A stretch of 64,000 nt of DNA, taken from Saprolegnia diclina VS20. Taxonomy: Eukaryota. The notes under the pieces were generated by a model that ran no database searches, was not told where the DNA came from, and saw only the letters and a list, made by a program, of their open reading frames with translations. Positions 59,527-64,000 of the stretch are shown here, piece after piece. Where the stretch lies: positions 133,448 through 197,447 of the forward strand of contig NW_008246136.1 in NCBI RefSeq assembly GCF_000281045.1, in the 5' to 3' direction. Each line of letters opens with the position of its first letter. Within the stretch, counting starts at the first letter, position 1. A program made the position numbers and the translations under genes.

Positions 59527-62500
59527 CTACGAGACAAGGCTCTGGAGTGCGGCGGCCACGCACGTGCTCACTTCTTCGGATTGGCACTCGAAGCTCAGCG
59601 GTGCGTCGGCGTCCTTGAAGAACAGGGCGACATACTTTGCCGCGTCTTTGACGCTGCCTTTGCGCTCGAGGGCCGGCGTCATCTCGCCCGTTGTGACGCG
59701 CTGCAGCGTCGCCAACGGAAACTCTACACCCGTCATGAGGAAATTCATAATCAGCGAAGGTGCACCGTTGGCTTTTTTGCGATCCGCCAGCTTGGCAACG
59801 TGCAGAAGCTTCTCGGTGATCCAAACGAGCCGCCACTGGGGCTCGCCGCTGTGCACGTGATGCTTGAGCAGTGTCATGCCCTGCTGCAAGAGGGCAAGGT
59901 ACGGGGACTTCGTGGGTGCCGGTGCCAACGCCACCTTCTTGGGCTGCATGTCGCGCACCATCATGCGCAGCGTATCACAGTCGCCTTCATCAATGTTGTA
60001 CTTGGCGGGGCCTGCGACGACGTCGCGGATGACACATCGAATGTGCGCGAGCTGCTTCTCGAGCTCGTGCAGGTCATACTCGAGACGCTGAACCTTGGTC
60101 TTGCTCGCCATCTCCTTGGTGTAGAAGGGTTTCGTCTTGTGCTTCAGCTGCTGCGAGAGAACGAGTCCGATCTTCTCAAACTGGCCGAGGACCCATGCCC
60201 AGTCGTGAGTCATCGTCGCAAGGCTCTGCGTGTTGGTCGACACTTCTGTCGGGAGGCCACGACCGCCTGCACAACGGTAGCTTGGCGGGGCACTCGATAC
60301 ATAGATATTATACCGTGGATGTGCAGTTTCGTGCCCGGCACGGTGATCTCAACGATGCGTTCAGCGTCTGCTTTCTTGAACTCCTATGCAGAGTCTGTGA
60401 GTCACCACCAAAACCACATGAACGAGACACGAACGTTGACGCTGGGAATCGACACGTAAACGGCGCCAATGTCCACCTGCGTCACATGCTCAAGCCCGAA
60501 AGTATGGTCGACGAGATACATACGCTCATGCTGACCTCGGCGCTGCGGTCCTTGTCATCGGCAAGTGCTGGGGCTGGGGGCAGCGGTACAGCCAGCTTGT
60601 CGTCGTCGTCTGAGAAGATCTTTTGGAAGCTACCAAAGATACTGTTGCTTCGCTTCTTGACCGGTGGTGACGTCGGTGACGTTGGTGGCAAAGGTGTTGC
60701 CGATGTGGCTGGTGCCGCTATCGAGTCGGCGCCTTCTGCTGCGTACGCTGTCAAAGCCGTGTACACAGGACCACTGAGAAGCGTGATGAAGGACGTGATC
60801 TCGGGCGTCTTTTCAATGATCGACAGCACATGGCGGAAGATGACGGGGATGTCGAGGACGATGTCCATTTCGCTCGTGCGCAGCTTGATCTGCAATGGCT
60901 CTTTTGGCGCGTGGCTTGTTTCGAGCTGTAGGAACGGCGTCAGCGTCGGGCTCTTCGTGACCTTGGGACCTTGGATAAACTGCTTGTGCATCGTGTCGGC
61001 CGAGACAAAGTGGAAGACGTCGATGCGAGCGATTGCAAAGCTCTGCTTCATGGCGGCTTGCATGGGGTACGCAATGAGCTGGTAGCGCCACTTGTCGAGC
61101 TGCAGCAAGATGTGGTCCAGCTGCCCTTTCGTGGATACTTTGGGAAAGACAAGGGCGACCTTGATCGAGCCAATGTTTGCCGACACGGACAGTGTTTGCA
61201 GTGTTGTGGCTTCTTTCGCCGTGTACCTAAGACACCCCGATGCAGCCGTGTACGATACTGCCAGCAATTAATACCATGAGTGCCACTCGTGCGTCTTCTT
61301 GGCGTACTGCTCGGGGTACGTTGCTTCCATCATCGCAAGCGACGTCTTGTACGTCGCCTCGAGGCTACTGCTCGAAGTGCCCAGGTGAAATACGGTGAGC
61401 ACACGCAGTTGGATGCCGGCCGTTTTGGGGTCGGCAGCTTCAATAGTGTACACAGCGTCCGTGTGTCTAGCAATGACATGAGTCGTTTAGTCACAAGCCA
61501 AGACAACGGACGGCTGGGACGTGAGCGCCGCGAGCGGCAGTCGGAATTTGCCCACAAACTGGCTAAACATTGGCCACTTGTCGAAAAGGTGCATGTGCAC
61601 GTTGCCTTCGTTCGCTGTACCCTGGAGATGAAACTCGAACGTCTGCGAGAAAAGCGCGTTGTTCGCGTCCGTCGCGACGAGGCCGCCGGTGTAGGCTGCT
61701 CCTTTCCGGCCAATCTACCACCGAGTTCGCTAAGAGTTGGGGATTTCGACCTCGAGGACGTGCCTTCATCTTGGGAAAGAGATGCATGGACTTGGTGAGG
61801 CTCGTGGCGTCCACAAGTGTCACGGTGAGCACACCCTTGCGCTCATTGTGGTCTTTTGCGATCGCGGTCGCCGTTAGCTGCTTGTGGTCCACCTGGCGTA
61901 CGGCCAAAGCACGGAGCTTGGCAACAACGACGGGGCGGAACATTGCGTCGATGCATAGTTGTCGGTGCCACAATTCTTTGGCTTCGGTTTCTGTCGACGA
62001 CAGCGCCGGTGTCACTGGTTCTGGGGGACGGACGTCCTGGATAGTAACAGACAGTTAGATCGCGCAAGCTGTTCATCTAGTCGTACCGTCGTAGTCGACT
62101 TTGCTGTGGCTGCAACTGCCGGAGCAATGCGTGCGAGGCCATAAACACCAGCGTAGATGCCATCTCCGAACGCTGTGATGCTGGCCGGGAGTTTATCTAA
62201 CGCACACCTCATGAGTTGGGTGTCACGTCGCACGGCCAATGTACGGATCGTGAGAGACAACGCTTGATCGTACGGCGCGTGGGCGTGCGGCGCGTTGTGC
62301 TTGAAGTCCTCGCGATATTGTAGAAAATGGTGGTCCCTAAGCGACGCGTTCATGGTCAATAGCGGTCGTTGAGTCACGTACGCGTCCATGGGTTGTCGAA
62401 TGAGGTACGGAAGCACCTTGCGCCGAATGGCCGTGTACTGGAGTCCCACGAGCACGAGGTTGAGTGTGCTTCGCCACGTTGGGCGACGACGCACAGGGTC

Positions 62501-63726
62501 GTTGAGGTCGATGAGCACGGCGGCGATCGCAAACCGCCAGTAATCGCGCCAGTTCTTCTTGCCGCCTTTTCCAGCGTCTTTGGGTTTAAAGCGCCGGTAG
62601 AGCGTGAAGCGGTCGAAGCGATCGACGCCGTCGAGGAACGATCCGAGGTACGTGAAGTGGGCGTGGGTGAGGTTAACACGCACGTCCGGTACCGTTAGCT
62701 TGACGCCAATGTGCGTGGGGCGGACACTGCCGTCGGGCGCGACAGGCAGCGTCATTTGCACACTCACGTCGGCCGATAGAGGCTCCAAGAGGTACACGTC
62801 GTCCTTGCTGCCTGTCGCGGGTGCCGGTGCATCAAATGGAGCTCGAAAGGCCGCGCGCTGGGCTTCTTTCGAAAGCTTCTCGATCAGCGCGTCCTTCTTG
62901 AAGTAAATTGCGAGTCCGTTGAGCTTGGCACTCTTCACGTGGTCTTGCGTCCCGATTGTTTGCGTCGACGGGAGGACATTGACGCTTTTGATGGTGCAGC
63001 CAAGCGCGAATGACGTGGGTGCGTCGAGGGAGAGGCCGCTGAGACCGTCTTCGAATCGCACGTGGACGCGCTCAAGAGCGATTGACGCGTTGCGCAAGAT
63101 GGCAACGACCGACGGCGTAAACATCTGCGCGGACGCCGAAACCTTGGGCGGGCCGTGCGCAACATGCACTGACGAAGGGACTACGATACACGACATGAAG
63201 TAATCCGAGGCGATGAACGGCTGCGTACTTGCGGTCCCGTGTTGAGGCGCAACGGGCGGTGGCGCAAACAGGTCGAGGAGCAGCTGCATAATGAAGATCT
63301 TCGACTGCTCCGAGACGTAGAGCGCGTCGATGTCCCATTTCGGGTCGCTTGGGGTTCCCAAAAGCACGTAGACATCCGTGACGTCAACCTACATAGAAGA
63401 CCAAACAAATGTGTGCCAAGTCGACATGAATTCATGGCGTACCTTGATCGACTGCGTCGAGAGGTGCGTGAGCGGTATGTTGATGTGGAGCTTGCCGACA
63501 GCAAAGCTCTTGAGCTCCACGGGCAGCTGGAGGTCCTTGATTTCATCGGTCTTGAGCTCAAAGTCGCTGAGGCATACGTCCCCCGAGAGCGAGATCGTCA
63601 AGTTCTATCCATCCGAAAGTGATGCGGCGCGACACTGCAGCTCCTCCATACCTCTTTCTTAAAGTCTTTCACAAAGCGGCTGCAAAACTTGTTGACGATC
63701 TTGGCCAGGAAGCTTTCGAGCACCAT
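59527..63726 (-). CDS. Short VPS13-like (Chorein-N) protein with internal C2-like and C-terminal PH-like domains, multi-exon
   Basis: MVLESFLAKIVNKFCSRFVKDF..ISLSGDVCLSDFELK..LPVELK..VGKLHINIP (Chorein-N); LERVHVRFED; YRRFKP..RDYWRFAIAAVL; GVLTVTLVDATSL (C2-like); LQQGMTLLKH..GEPQWRLVWI (PH-like). Confidence 0.82.
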
Positions 63727-64000
63727 TGTACCAGACGCTGAACTGTTGGGCAATGGCGAGCGAGGGGTTCTTCTCCAAGGACGGTTTTGCCTTGTTTTTC
63801 TGTCTTTCGAGAAATGGGACCAACCGCATCGGACAAGCGTTGGTGCGTCAGTCCCTCCGTATTGTTTTGAATGGGATCGTGCTTACTTGGACGTTGAAGA
63901 CTTCTTTCGGTGCGTTGACACTCTTGTCTGTGAAAAACACGCAATCGTTCTGAGCGATTATCGCAGCAAGAGAGAACTCGGTTCTTCATGTAGTCCGCCG

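Overview
Eukaryotic, gene-dense (~60% GC in exons) genomic window with many very short (~35-60 nt) GT-AG introns, oomycete-type INR/FPR core promoters and elicitin-like genes. It is most consistent with an oomycete, probably Saprolegniales (inference). It holds about 29 protein-coding genes: two elicitin-like clusters, an arrestin-domain protein, two paralogous mucin-like single-pass membrane proteins, a ZIP transporter, a START-like/FYVE protein, an MFS transporter, two FHA proteins, a UBR-box E3 ligase, two PLAC8 proteins, a Cu/Zn-SOD-fold protein, an HA-repeat protein, a TEX49-like protein, an NT-C2 coiled-coil protein, a metacaspase, cytosolic MDH, importin-5, a secreted oomycete-family protein and a short VPS13/Chorein-N protein. 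There are two assembly gaps and several tandem repeats. The most notable observations are: (1) an intact, full-length SOD1-fold gene that has lost most metal ligands, the disulfide and the catalytic Arg but keeps the dimer interface (a candidate pseudoenzyme); (2) a four-gene elicitin-like family with a rewired 6-Cys pattern; (3) a ~32-bp-period array with a palindromic core in a degenerate, lower-GC region; (4) a tandem pseudo-FHA plus zinc-finger protein; (5) a mini-VPS13 with C2 and PH-like domains. Exon boundaries were read by eye and internal ones are approximate. All family calls come from motif recognition, not database searches.
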